Of a stretch of DNA of 64,000 nucleotides, positions 1 to 7,923 are shown one piece after another. Under the pieces are notes generated by a model. It had not been told where the DNA came from. It was given only the letters and a program-made list of their open reading frames with translations, and did not search any database. Source of the stretch: Candidatus Moraniibacteriota bacterium (GTDB lineage Bacteria > Patescibacteriota > Minisyncoccia > Moranbacterales > UBA1568); assembly GCA_028711705.1 (NCBI GenBank), contig JAQTRS010000003.1, forward strand, positions 109,966-173,965, given 5' to 3'. Every line of letters begins with the position of its first letter. Positions within the stretch are counted from its first letter, which is position 1. Made by a program: the position numbers and the translations under genes.

Positions 1-24
1 ATGAGTATGGGCGGTACGTATGCC

Positions 25-537
25 TTATGGATGCGCTGGTTGCTGTTTTGCTGCAAGGGCGATGGCCTGACGTTCCTCTTCGGTAAGGGGAAACAGTTTG
101 GAATCGCCATGCTCGATCGGTTTGGCGTAGACGCGCGAACCTTCCCGGGTGTGAAGGGAAGAGATGATAGTGCCGGAATTTCTGCTGTCCAAAAGGGCTA
201 TGGCGAAGCTTTGATTGCTTCCGACCTCTTTGAAAGGATTGAATCGCACGACGCCGACCTTATGGATGCTTTTTTGCGCGAGGCGGTGGATACGATTGGA
301 AATCTCGAACAATTCTTGGATCTCCTTGTCCATAAGGGCCATGTCATCGGATTGCTTGAGGATGACATTTTCGAGGCTTTTGGCTCCATTGCCTTGGAAA
401 AGCGTGTTTTGTCGTTTGGCGATGAGTTTGGACTTATGGAAGAGTCGTATGATCAGAAAGCACAAGACGCCTTCGCCGAGGATAAGGCTCAGTATGGCGG
501 CTAGTAAAAAAGAAGGCTGTGTGAGCGAATCCTGCAT
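25..537 (-). CDS. DUF4446-family small protein (hypothetical)
   Basis: 170-aa ORF with a hydrophobic N-terminus and the segment VGVVRFNPFKEVGSNQSFAIALLD...SSLHTREGSRVYAKPI, which I recognise as typical of DUF4446 proteins. The overlapping + strand ORF 1..504 has no recognisable features. Confidence 0.5.
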   Translation of the reverse strand: MQDSLTQPSFLLAAILSLILGEGVLCFLIIRLFHKSKLIAKRQNTLFQGNGAKSLENVILKQSDDMALMDKEIQELFEISNRIHRLAQKSIHKVGVVRFNPFKEVGSNQSFAIALLDSRNSGTIISSLHTREGSRVYAKPIEHGDSKLFPLTEEERQAIALAAKQQPAHP

Positions 538-641
538 AGGTGAGGGGAATAAGGGTCTGTTTAGAATCTTTCTTCCCTTACATTAACACGCTTTTTGCGC
601 GCTGTAAAGGAGATTAGCGGCATGTATGCTATACTGCCCGT

Positions 642-1397
642 ATGGATATCTCCCTTATTATTTCCGCATTTATCGCGGGCCTCCTCACTTTCTTGGCGCC
701 GTGCACCCTGCCTTTGATTCCGGGATACCTGGCATTCGTGAGCGGGGCGTCACTTCGCGATTTCCGTGATACGAAACAATCTTTATCGGCTCAACGGAAG
801 ATATTTTTGAACGGGCTTTTCTTTGTGCTCGGTTTCAGCACTATTTTTATCCTGTTCGGGATAGCGGCCGGAAGCCTGGGTTCTCTGTTTGCCTCGTATA
901 AGTTGCAGTTATCGCGGATAGGAGGGGTGTTCGTGATCTTGTTCGGGTTGTTTATGCTCGAGGTGTTGCATTTGCCCATACTTCATCATACGAAGAGGAT
1001 TTCTGTTCCGCCGATGTTTCGCCGGGGCCGATTGCGGAATTCCTTTCTGCTCGGGGTGGTGTTCGGTTTCGGGTGGACACCGTGCGTCGGTCCGATTTTG
1101 GGATCAGTGCTGTTTTTGGCTTCTTCTACGGCAACCATGGGCCAAGGCGCCTTCTTGCTCGGTGTGTTTTCTTTGGGATTGGCGATCCCGTTCCTGATGC
1201 TCGCACTCGCGATCGGCACGGCGTCTTTGTGGGCGCATCATGTGGCGAGATTCGGTAAGGCACTTACGTTTATCGGTGGTTCCTTCCTTGTTTTTTTGGG
1301 CATTCTGCTCCTTACCGACAGCTTCGGGATCTTTTCGATTGCGATGTATCGCTGGTTTGATTTTCTCCACTACGAGAGCTTGCTGGAATACCTGTAG
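642..1397 (+). CDS. ccdA: cytochrome c-type biogenesis / thiol-disulfide transporter CcdA (DsbD family)
   Basis: Multi-TM protein with the paired conserved Cys motifs CTLPLIPGYL and GWTPCVGPILG characteristic of CcdA/DsbD core. Confidence 0.85.
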   Translation: MDISLIISAFIAGLLTFLAPCTLPLIPGYLAFVSGASLRDFRDTKQSLSAQRKIFLNGLFFVLGFSTIFILFGIAAGSLGSLFASYKLQLSRIGGVFVILFGLFMLEVLHLPILHHTKRISVPPMFRRGRLRNSFLLGVVFGFGWTPCVGPILGSVLFLASSTATMGQGAFLLGVFSLGLAIPFLMLALAIGTASLWAHHVARFGKALTFIGGSFLVFLGILLLTDSFGIFSIAMYRWFDFLHYESLLEYL

Positions 1398-1421
1398 CAG
1401 TCCGTTTGTGCACAGTCAGTG

Positions 1422-1508
1422 CGGAAGGGGGGAGATTCGAACTCCCGATACCGTTTCCGGTATGCCGCTTTTCGAGAGCGGTGCCTTCAACCACTCGGCC
1501 ACCCTTCC
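1422..1508 (-). tRNA. tRNA-Ser (anticodon CGA)
   Basis: The reverse complement folds as a cloverleaf. Acceptor GGAAGGG/CCCTTCC; anticodon stem CCGCT/AGCGG with loop CTCGAAA (anticodon CGA); long variable arm CATACCGGAAACGGTATC; T-arm GGGAG TTCGAATC TCCC; discriminator G. Confidence 0.8.
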
Positions 1509-1626
1509 AGTTGATCACTTGATTGTCCTCGTGCTTCCTGGGTTGCCTGCAGCAACCCGTCAATGCTCGCGCTTGCTCGCATGTGACCCACTCGGCCACC
1601 CTTCCAGTTGATCACTTGATTGTCCT
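1492..1626. repeat. tandem direct duplication (38 bp, two copies 97 bp apart) covering the 5' 17 nt of tRNA-Ser plus upstream flank
   Basis: cactcggccacccttccagttgatcacttgattgtcct occurs at 1492-1529 and again at 1589-1626. A hairpin gggttgcctgcagcaaccc lies between the copies. Confidence 0.8.
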
Positions 1627-1713
1627 TGCACCGTATTTGCATGACCTACTCTCTCTGTTGTACAATAGAATAAAGTCTTTTGCAACTTTTTCCACTAAAA
1701 TAAATTTAATAGT

Positions 1714-2259
1714 ATGAGCGTCCCATTTGCTGTTACCTTTGTTGATCCAGAGAGTCTGATTCGCCAGTTGACCATTTCTTCCGGATCGGTAGTGGCTGAT
1801 TTCGGTTGCGGTTCCGGATATTTCTCGCTCGCGTTCGCGAAGGCGGTCGGCAAAGAAGGCAAAGTCATCGCTTTGGATATACTGCCATCCGCTTTGGATG
1901 CGGTCGCCAGCCGCGCAAGGATGGCTGGATTTACGCAGGTTTCAACCAAGCGTGCCAATCTGGAAAAGGAAAACGGGTCGGGTTTGGCGCCGGAGAGCGT
2001 AGATTGGGTTATCCTCAAGGATATTTTGTTCCAGAACAAGAGCAAGGACATCATCCTTAAGGAAGTGCATCGCGTCGTTCGTCCGGGCGGGCATGTGCTA
2101 TTGATGGAATGGAAGAATACGGATGCATCGGTCGGGCCGGATCTTCATTTGAGGATTTCTCGGGAAGAGCTGACCTCATTGGTTCAATCATCGGGGTTTT
2201 CTGTGCAAAAAGAACTCTCGGTAGGGGATTTCCACTATGCATTTTTGCTGATGAAGTAG
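1714..2259 (+). CDS. class I SAM-dependent methyltransferase
   Basis: Motif I VADFGCGSGYFS, followed by an acidic residue after beta2 (IALDIL) and PGGHVLL motif. 181 aa. Confidence 0.75.
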   Translation: MSVPFAVTFVDPESLIRQLTISSGSVVADFGCGSGYFSLAFAKAVGKEGKVIALDILPSALDAVASRARMAGFTQVSTKRANLEKENGSGLAPESVDWVILKDILFQNKSKDIILKEVHRVVRPGGHVLLMEWKNTDASVGPDLHLRISREELTSLVQSSGFSVQKELSVGDFHYAFLLMK

Positions 2260-2286
2260 TCGTTACTCGATAGTCTTCGAATTATC

Positions 2287-3651
2287 ATGAAAAAAATACA
2301 AAAAATTATAGCTTTGTGTCTGATGTTGACTTCCTCGGTGATGCTTTCGGGCTGCGGGTTCAAGGATAATTCTCAAAAGTACGGCGTCAAGCTTGAAATT
2401 TGGGGGGTGTTTGACGATACGGATGCCTACGGTTCGATACTGAGCGATTACAAGAAACTCAATCCCTATATCACGGAAATCAAGTACAAGAAGCTCAACG
2501 TTGACACCTATAAGCAAGATCTTCTGGATGCGCTCGCCTCGGGAAAGGGCCCCGACATTTTCCTGATCCGCAATTCATGGGTACCGTCTTTTCAGGATAA
2601 GATTGTCGCAGCTCCCGCAACGTTCACCGACGAGCGAGGCTTCCGCGAGGCATTTGTCGATGTTGTGGCTAGCGATTTTATGGATGCCGACAAGAAGATC
2701 TATGGTGTGCCGCTCAGCGTCGATTCGCTCGGCCTTTATTATAATAAGGATATTTTCAATGCTGCCGGTATTCTCACGCCGCCGGCCACCTGGGAGGATT
2801 TCGCGCGTGATGCCGCCCTGCTTACCAAAGTGGATGAATTCGGCAATATCACACAGGCAGGCGCTGCTATCGGAACCGCCTATAATATCAACCGTTCCAC
2901 TGACGTGCTTTCGGCGATGATGCTTCAGGCAGGCGTCCCTTTCCATACGGACAGGAGTACCGGTATTGACTTCAAGAATGGTGAGCCGGCCCTTGAGTTT
3001 TATACGCAGTTCGCCAATACGCAGTCGCCGACCTATACCTGGAATACTCGGCAGCACTATTCAGTCGATGCGTTCTATGAAGGGCAGACTGCTATGATGG
3101 TCAATTATTCGTGGCAGTACGAGACGCTTAAGCACAAAAATGCCAAGCTCAATATCGGTGTAGCGCCACTCCCTCAATTCGCGGAGGGCACCAAAGCGAA
3201 TTATGCCAACTATTGGGGCTATGTGGTCGCTAAGAACAAGGAATTCGGACCGGAAGTGACGGATAAGACATTGCAGGACAAATTGCGCGTGCACGAAGCC
3301 TGGGAATTCTTACGCTATTTGACGATGCCCAACGGCAAGGCCATCACTTTGTATAATGCTATTACCGGTACGGCCAAGGAATTCCCGTTGGCGACCGATC
3401 CGGCTCAGGTGTATCTGTCGCAAACAAAAAAACCGGCCGCCAGGCGCGATTTGATCGAGCTTGCGCGACGCGATCTGGTGCTGGGCCCGTTCGCGGAGGG
3501 GAATATCATTGCGAAGAACTGGACGCAGGCTAACCCAGAGGCGGTGGAAACTATTTTCGCCGAGGTGATCGATTCGATCAATCGCGGCGCCGCGACCGTG
3601 CATGGCGCTTTAGGTGTAGCACAGAATCGCATAGGCTACCTGATAAAGTAG
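2287..3651 (+). CDS. ABC transporter extracellular solute-binding lipoprotein (family 1, sugar-type)
   Basis: Signal peptide with lipobox MLSGC. 454 aa, with overall similarity to sugar/oligosaccharide SBPs (DIFLIRNSW..., YGVPLSVDSLGLYYNKDIF). No permease or ATPase partner lies in the window. Confidence 0.7.
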   Translation: MKKIQKIIALCLMLTSSVMLSGCGFKDNSQKYGVKLEIWGVFDDTDAYGSILSDYKKLNPYITEIKYKKLNVDTYKQDLLDALASGKGPDIFLIRNSWVPSFQDKIVAAPATFTDERGFREAFVDVVASDFMDADKKIYGVPLSVDSLGLYYNKDIFNAAGILTPPATWEDFARDAALLTKVDEFGNITQAGAAIGTAYNINRSTDVLSAMMLQAGVPFHTDRSTGIDFKNGEPALEFYTQFANTQSPTYTWNTRQHYSVDAFYEGQTAMMVNYSWQYETLKHKNAKLNIGVAPLPQFAEGTKANYANYWGYVVAKNKEFGPEVTDKTLQDKLRVHEAWEFLRYLTMPNGKAITLYNAITGTAKEFPLATDPAQVYLSQTKKPAARRDLIELARRDLVLGPFAEGNIIAKNWTQANPEAVETIFAEVIDSINRGAATVHGALGVAQNRIGYLIK

Positions 3652-3674
3652 AGATGTAATGTGTTTGTAAAAAT

Positions 3675-4586
3675 ATGGTTATGATGATACGGAAGTTTTT
3701 TGCTTCTCAAAAAGCGTATAGCGTCGTGTTTGCCAGCTTCGTTTTTTTGAGCTTTCTTTTTATGCCGAACGCGACAGATGCTGCCGGTCTTGTGCCCTGC
3801 GGAACGGACAATAATTCGCCGTGCACCCTCTGCCATTTGGTCGTCGGTATAAAGAGTCTGATCGATTGGGGATTCGGCGTGATGACATTTTTCGCTATTG
3901 CGGTTATCGTGGCGATGGGTATCGTCTATATCGTGTCAGCGGGAAATCCTTCCATGACGACGACGGCGAAGAATGGCATCAAGGCTGCTTTGATCGGATT
4001 CCTTATCATGCTCGGCAGTTGGGTGATCGTGAATTTTTTCATGCTGACGCTCGCCAATAACGGTGTGGGCCGTGCGACCAGCTGGAACACGTTCACCTGC
4101 GATACGGCCACGAAGACACAACAGATCAATCAGACGCCAGCTACGCCGGGCTCTGTGACCGGTGGCACATTGTCGTGCACGACCGGTACCTGCGCCACCA
4201 ATTCGCAAGTTTCGGCAGCGGTGCGCAATAATGCATCCGGCCTGAATCCGAATATCCTGATGTCTATCATTGACGGTGGAGAAGGATGTAATAAAGCGAG
4301 TTCACCAGCGGGGGCTTGCGGGTATTCCCAGGTGATGCCGGCGTATAGGAAAAGCGTCTGCGGTCTGACGGGAACCGATGCGGATACATGCGCGGCGATG
4401 CAGAACGATCTGCAATTGGATATCAATTGCGGGGCGAAGTTTATCGCGACCGACTTCGCGGTGAGGTGCGGACCGAGCATTACCACTATCGCATCGTGCT
4501 ATAACACGGGAAATAGAAATAATTGTGGAGAGGGAAGTCCTCCCTATTGCCAGCGCGTAACGAGTTATTATAATTCATGTCCATAG
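3675..4586 (+). CDS. VirB2/TrbC-like pilin domain fused to SLT-type lytic transglycosylase domain
   Basis: N-terminus: signal peptide plus a two-helix hairpin with YIVSAGNPSMTTTAKNGIKAALIGFLIMLGSWVIV, the same fold and motif as downstream pilin paralogs. C-terminus: EGCNKASSPAGACGYSQVMPAY, which closely matches the SLT catalytic-core motif ES...SPAGAxGLMQLMP. Confidence 0.6.
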   Translation: MVMMIRKFFASQKAYSVVFASFVFLSFLFMPNATDAAGLVPCGTDNNSPCTLCHLVVGIKSLIDWGFGVMTFFAIAVIVAMGIVYIVSAGNPSMTTTAKNGIKAALIGFLIMLGSWVIVNFFMLTLANNGVGRATSWNTFTCDTATKTQQINQTPATPGSVTGGTLSCTTGTCATNSQVSAAVRNNASGLNPNILMSIIDGGEGCNKASSPAGACGYSQVMPAYRKSVCGLTGTDADTCAAMQNDLQLDINCGAKFIATDFAVRCGPSITTIASCYNTGNRNNCGEGSPPYCQRVTSYYNSCP

Positions 4587-4605
4587 CATCCTTGTTATCA
4601 ATCCT

Positions 4606-5295
4606 ATGAAAACATTACTCTTTATCCTCCTTGGCGTATTCTGCTTGAGCGCTCCTGCCCAGGCCGATGTCTTCGAATTACATTTTTCATATGATGCCAA
4701 GCAAAACACCCTCAATTTTACTGACAATCAAGACGCCGTGACGGTGAATAAGGAGAAGGATATCTCGATCGTCGAATTTTCCAAAAGCCCTTCTTCGGGT
4801 GATTTCGAATTCGCATTCATCGATGCGACCGGTTTTGAAATAGAGCGCAAAAATTTCACGCCGAAAGCCGGAAACTTCGTTGTGGAGACGCCGTATTACA
4901 GCATCGCGACCAAACTTATCGTACGTAAAATAGGTGTGGCCGAACCGATCCTTACCCGTGACATCAGCGCCTTGTCTACCTGCAATAACAATAAGATATG
5001 CGAATTCGAGAAAGGCGAGACCATCAACACCTGTCTTCCGGATTGCGGTTCCAGCAATGTGACCTATAGCGCGGAGACCAAAACGAAGCTTGAATCCTCC
5101 AACAATATCGTACGTGATGAGAAGACGGGATCCATCTTGCTGAACAATGTCAAAGTGGCAGCACCGCAACCTGAAGCGCAACTGCAAACCCCGCAGCCGA
5201 CCGCCGGTATGTCCGCAACCATGGTGGCGATTCTGAGTGCCATCGCCTTGCTAGTTTTGGGAGGCATAGGATATTTCGTTTATAAAAAGTGGTAG
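4606..5295 (+). CDS. secreted protein with C-terminal TM anchor (hypothetical)
   Basis: Signal peptide MKTLLFILLGVFCLSAPAQA, a Cys-containing beta-rich body, and a C-terminal TM helix with a KKW tail. It lies within the pilin array. Confidence 0.5.
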   Translation: MKTLLFILLGVFCLSAPAQADVFELHFSYDAKQNTLNFTDNQDAVTVNKEKDISIVEFSKSPSSGDFEFAFIDATGFEIERKNFTPKAGNFVVETPYYSIATKLIVRKIGVAEPILTRDISALSTCNNNKICEFEKGETINTCLPDCGSSNVTYSAETKTKLESSNNIVRDEKTGSILLNNVKVAAPQPEAQLQTPQPTAGMSATMVAILSAIALLVLGGIGYFVYKKW

Positions 5296-5304
5296 CACTA
5301 GGAC

Positions 5305-5583
5305 TTGTTTATGTTCATAGAAAGAGCGCAAGCGGGGGGAGTGATAGATAATGCACCGACATTTTCGGAGGTCTTTCTTAATGCGTTCATTTTTTTGTTG
5401 CAAGTCGCAGGTATCATTGGTATAATCGGAGTAGTTCTTGCCGGTGTGCTGTATCTCTTTGCCAATGGTGATTCCCGGCGCATCCGTGCTGCAAAAAATA
5501 TGCTGATAGCCATCGTGATCGGCTTCGCCATCCTTTTCGGAGCCTGGATAATCGTACAGGCCGTGAGCAGCTTTTTTTCATAG
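5305..5583 (+). CDS. minimal VirB2/TrbC-like pilin
   Basis: 92 aa consisting essentially of two hydrophobic helices separated by the loop LYLFANGDSRRIRAAKNML. This is the same core as the other paralogs (YLxSAGD...K). The start codon is uncertain. Confidence 0.45.
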   Translation: MFMFIERAQAGGVIDNAPTFSEVFLNAFIFLLQVAGIIGIIGVVLAGVLYLFANGDSRRIRAAKNMLIAIVIGFAILFGAWIIVQAVSSFFS

Positions 5584-5701
5584 GACTCACGTGCTTGGCG
5601 CATTTTTTATTGCCTTGACCGCTTGCAAAGACAATCGAAACGGCCCCAAGCACGTGTGTCTTTATAAAAATAAAAAAATAAAAGGAAAGGAGGTGAGTAA
5701 T

Positions 5702-6100
5702 ATGAAAATATCAGTAAAACATATAGCTTCGTTTACATTAGTGCTCGCTATCTTGGTGTTGCCCCAAGTTGTTTTTGGCGCAACTATCGGTCAGCAAGGA
5801 GGATGGACACAGGGTCTGACGAATGGAACAACAGGAGGTGTCTCCCAGCAGACCCCGACTACCATCGTTACCAACATCATCAACTACGCACTGGCTATCA
5901 TCGGTTTCTTGGGCGTCTTAGGATTCATCATCTCGGGTATCATGTATTTGGTATCGGCAGGTGATGAGGCTATGGCCGAGAAAGCGAAAAACAACATGGT
6001 CTACGCCATCATCGGTGTGATCGTCGCACTGTTGGGATATGTCGTTATGGCCGCTATCAGCACATTATTGTCTGCCGGTGGTGCCAACAACGGACTTTAA
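5702..6100 (+). CDS. VirB2/TrbC-like pilin paralog
   Basis: RBS aaaggaaaggagg, then ATG at 5702 (the ORF-track start at 5591 is upstream of the RBS). Signal peptide MKISVKHIASFTLVLAILVLPQVVFG, a Gly/Thr-rich variable segment, and a conserved C-terminal hairpin IISGIMYLVSAGDEAMAEKAKNNMVYAIIGVIV. Confidence 0.65.
   Translation: MKISVKHIASFTLVLAILVLPQVVFGATIGQQGGWTQGLTNGTTGGVSQQTPTTIVTNIINYALAIIGFLGVLGFIISGIMYLVSAGDEAMAEKAKNNMVYAIIGVIVALLGYVVMAAISTLLSAGGANNGL
5870..6096 (+). repeat. 227-bp segment 100% identical to 6375-6601 (3' half of pilin gene)
   Basis: By-eye comparison shows the nucleotide strings from accaacatcatcaactacgc to caacaacggact are identical in the two adjacent genes. Confidence 0.85.
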
Positions 6101-6123
6101 TCCTCAAGACAGATCAAACAAAA

Positions 6124-6154
6124 AACAGTCTCGCTATCCCGAGATTGTTTTTTG
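6124..6154 (+). terminator. rho-independent terminator
   Basis: Hairpin aacagtctcg / ctatcc / cgagattgtt, followed by a T7 run. Confidence 0.65.
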
Positions 6155-6183
6155 TTTACGCTTCCGCATTTTTTTGGTATAGT
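6155..6183 (+). promoter_or_regulatory. sigma70-like promoter (TTTACG - 17 - TGgTATAGT) for the next pilin gene
   Basis: Extended -10 tggtatagt at 6175-6183; -35 tttacg at 6155-6160; 17-bp spacer. The same module recurs at 6659-6687. Confidence 0.45.
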
Positions 6184-6221
6184 GAAAGAGTAAAAAACAA
6201 AAAGGAAAGGAGGTGTGTCTT

Positions 6222-6605
6222 ATGAAAATAACCGTAAAAAACATTGCCTCATCGGTTTTGCTACTCGTCATCATGGCTGTGCCTCAGGTTGCCTTCGGTC
6301 AGTGGGATATGGGTCAAAACCAGTCGGCAGCGACAGCCTTCGGCGTCTCGACCTCGACCCCTACCGATATCCTGACCAACATCATCAACTACGCACTGGC
6401 TATCATCGGTTTCTTGGGCGTCTTAGGATTCATCATCTCGGGTATCATGTATTTGGTATCGGCAGGTGATGAGGCTATGGCCGAGAAAGCGAAAAACAAC
6501 ATGGTCTACGCCATCATCGGTGTGATCGTCGCACTGTTGGGATATGTCGTTATGGCCGCTATCAGCACATTATTGTCTGCCGGTGGTGCCAACAACGGAC
6601 TGTAG
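6222..6605 (+). CDS. VirB2/TrbC-like pilin paralog
   Basis: RBS aaaggaaaggagg, then ATG at 6222. Signal peptide MKITVKNIASSVLLLVIMAVPQVAFG. The variable middle differs from the 5702 gene, but the C-terminal 76 aa are identical to it. Confidence 0.65.
   Translation: MKITVKNIASSVLLLVIMAVPQVAFGQWDMGQNQSAATAFGVSTSTPTDILTNIINYALAIIGFLGVLGFIISGIMYLVSAGDEAMAEKAKNNMVYAIIGVIVALLGYVVMAAISTLLSAGGANNGL
6375..6601 (+). repeat. second copy of 227-bp perfect repeat
   Basis: Identical to 5870-6096. Confidence 0.85.
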
Positions 6606-6630
6606 ACGAAGACGGTTCTCATGCAAAACA

Positions 6631-6660
6631 ACCCTGCTACAGGCCGGGTTGTTTTTTGTT
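6631..6660 (+). terminator. rho-independent terminator
   Basis: Hairpin aacaaccc...gggttgtt, followed by a T-run. Same architecture as the 6124-6154 terminator. Confidence 0.6.
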
Positions 6661-6687
6661 TACGCTTTTACATTTTCTTGGTATAGT
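6659..6687 (+). promoter_or_regulatory. duplicated sigma70-like promoter module (TTTACG - 17 - TGgTATAGT)
   Basis: -35 tttacg at 6659-6664; -10 tatagt at 6682-6687, preceded by TGg. The sequence gtttacgc...ttggtatagtgaaa is nearly identical to 6152-6186. Confidence 0.45.
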
Positions 6688-6736
6688 GAAATAAGTTAAG
6701 CGCACGTGGTAAATTTTAAGCAATGAAAATAAAAAT

Positions 6737-7201
6737 ATGTCCACACACCTGAAGAGCCTGATGTTTCCTTTGGTGATGATCGCGGTATTGTTTGCTCCCT
6801 TCGTCTCTTTTGCGGAGGTCTGCGGTGGCGGCACTATCGGAGGAAGCACCGGCGGAGGTATTTATGCTGGCGGTACCCTGGGGGTGGGCAGCGGCGCTTG
6901 TGGTGCCTTCGGCGGCTTGTCTTTGTGGGGCCCGACGCCGTTCGGTCTTCCTGGCGGAAGCATTTTCGGTATCGTTGCGACGGTGGTTGATTGGCTCTTG
7001 GCGCTTTTCGGCATCCTGGGCATTTTAGGCTTCATCATTTCAGGTATCATGTATCTGCTTTCAGCAGGGGATGAGAAGACGGCCGATAAGGCCAAAGCAG
7101 GACTCAAATACTCTATCATCGGTATTGTCGTCGGTCTGTCCGGTTTCGTCATTATGCAGGCGATTAACGGTCTTTTGAGCGGCATGGCAGGCGCATACTA
7201 G
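6737..7201 (+). CDS. VirB2/TrbC-like pilin paralog (Gly-rich ectodomain)
   Basis: Signal peptide, a Gly-rich variable region (GGGTIGGSTGGGIYAGGTLGVGSG), and a C-terminal hairpin IISGIMYLLSAGDEKTADKAKAGLKYSIIGIVVG. Confidence 0.6.
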   Translation: MSTHLKSLMFPLVMIAVLFAPFVSFAEVCGGGTIGGSTGGGIYAGGTLGVGSGACGAFGGLSLWGPTPFGLPGGSIFGIVATVVDWLLALFGILGILGFIISGIMYLLSAGDEKTADKAKAGLKYSIIGIVVGLSGFVIMQAINGLLSGMAGAY

Positions 7202-7242
7202 TGTCTTGCAGAGTAAATAGGATATAACTTTACACAAAACAT

Positions 7243-7887
7243 ATGTCGGTCACTCGAGAAAAAGCTGCATTCTTCAATCAGAGTCTCAAGGCCCTTCTAT
7301 TCGCTATCGTCGTTGCCGGTATATCGGTGGTATTTGAGCCCGTTTCTGCGGCGCCGGCTTACTGCACCTCGTCCGCAGCGCTCTATCAATGCGTGGCCCC
7401 GGGAACAAATTGCGCTTCCCTTGGATCCACCATGGTGGGTGATTCGGCCTGCGACACTGCCTGCAACGGAGGTTGGAAGTATTGCGGTTCGCAAGCACCG
7501 ACACCGCCGCCAACAGCCGCTCCTGCATCAGCGACGGGTGTCAGTTCGGCTGCAGCAGCAGGAGGGGCGACGTGCGGTGCAGGATTTTCGGCGACGGCAG
7601 GCGTGTGCTTCCCGACCGATACGGGACTTCCGGATCCTGCCGATGGTATCGCGCAGATTTTGGGAAACTTCTTCAGTTGGCTGCTGATTATCTTTGGTTT
7701 CTTGGCTGTTGGAGCCTTCGTTATTTCCGGTATACAGTACCTTGTCTCCGCCGGGGATGAGGATATGGCTAAGACGGCGAAGCGCAATATGAAATGGTCT
7801 ATCATCGGTGTGATTGTCGGGCTTTCGGGCTGGATTATCATGCAGGCCGTCGCCAATGCCCTCACCGCGCAGACGTCGATCTTCTAG
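7243..7887 (+). CDS. VirB2/TrbC-like pilin paralog (Cys-rich ectodomain)
   Basis: Signal/TM segment, an ectodomain with about 9 Cys residues, a Pro/Ala/Thr linker, and a C-terminal hairpin VISGIQYLVSAGDEDMAKTAKRNMKWSIIGVIVG. Confidence 0.6.
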   Translation: MSVTREKAAFFNQSLKALLFAIVVAGISVVFEPVSAAPAYCTSSAALYQCVAPGTNCASLGSTMVGDSACDTACNGGWKYCGSQAPTPPPTAAPASATGVSSAAAAGGATCGAGFSATAGVCFPTDTGLPDPADGIAQILGNFFSWLLIIFGFLAVGAFVISGIQYLVSAGDEDMAKTAKRNMKWSIIGVIVGLSGWIIMQAVANALTAQTSIF

Positions 7888-7923
7888 CGATGCGATATAA
7901 ACATATTTTTTAAAACAGCGACT

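Noticed and set aside
1-504. 167-aa + strand ORF at window start
   Set aside because: It overlaps the minus-strand ORF 25-537, which has a recognisable DUF4446-like segment and a hydrophobic N-terminus. The + frame has no features.
1422-1626. Integrated genomic island at tRNA-Ser
   Set aside because: The partial tRNA duplicate is only 97 bp from the gene. No integrase, excisionase or cargo genes lie in between.
5870-6601. A diversity-generating retroelement (TR/VR pair) explanation for the repeated pilin segment
   Set aside because: The two copies are identical rather than differing at adenine positions. The repeat covers the conserved TM hairpin rather than a variable ligand-binding region. 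No reverse transcriptase gene is present in the window.
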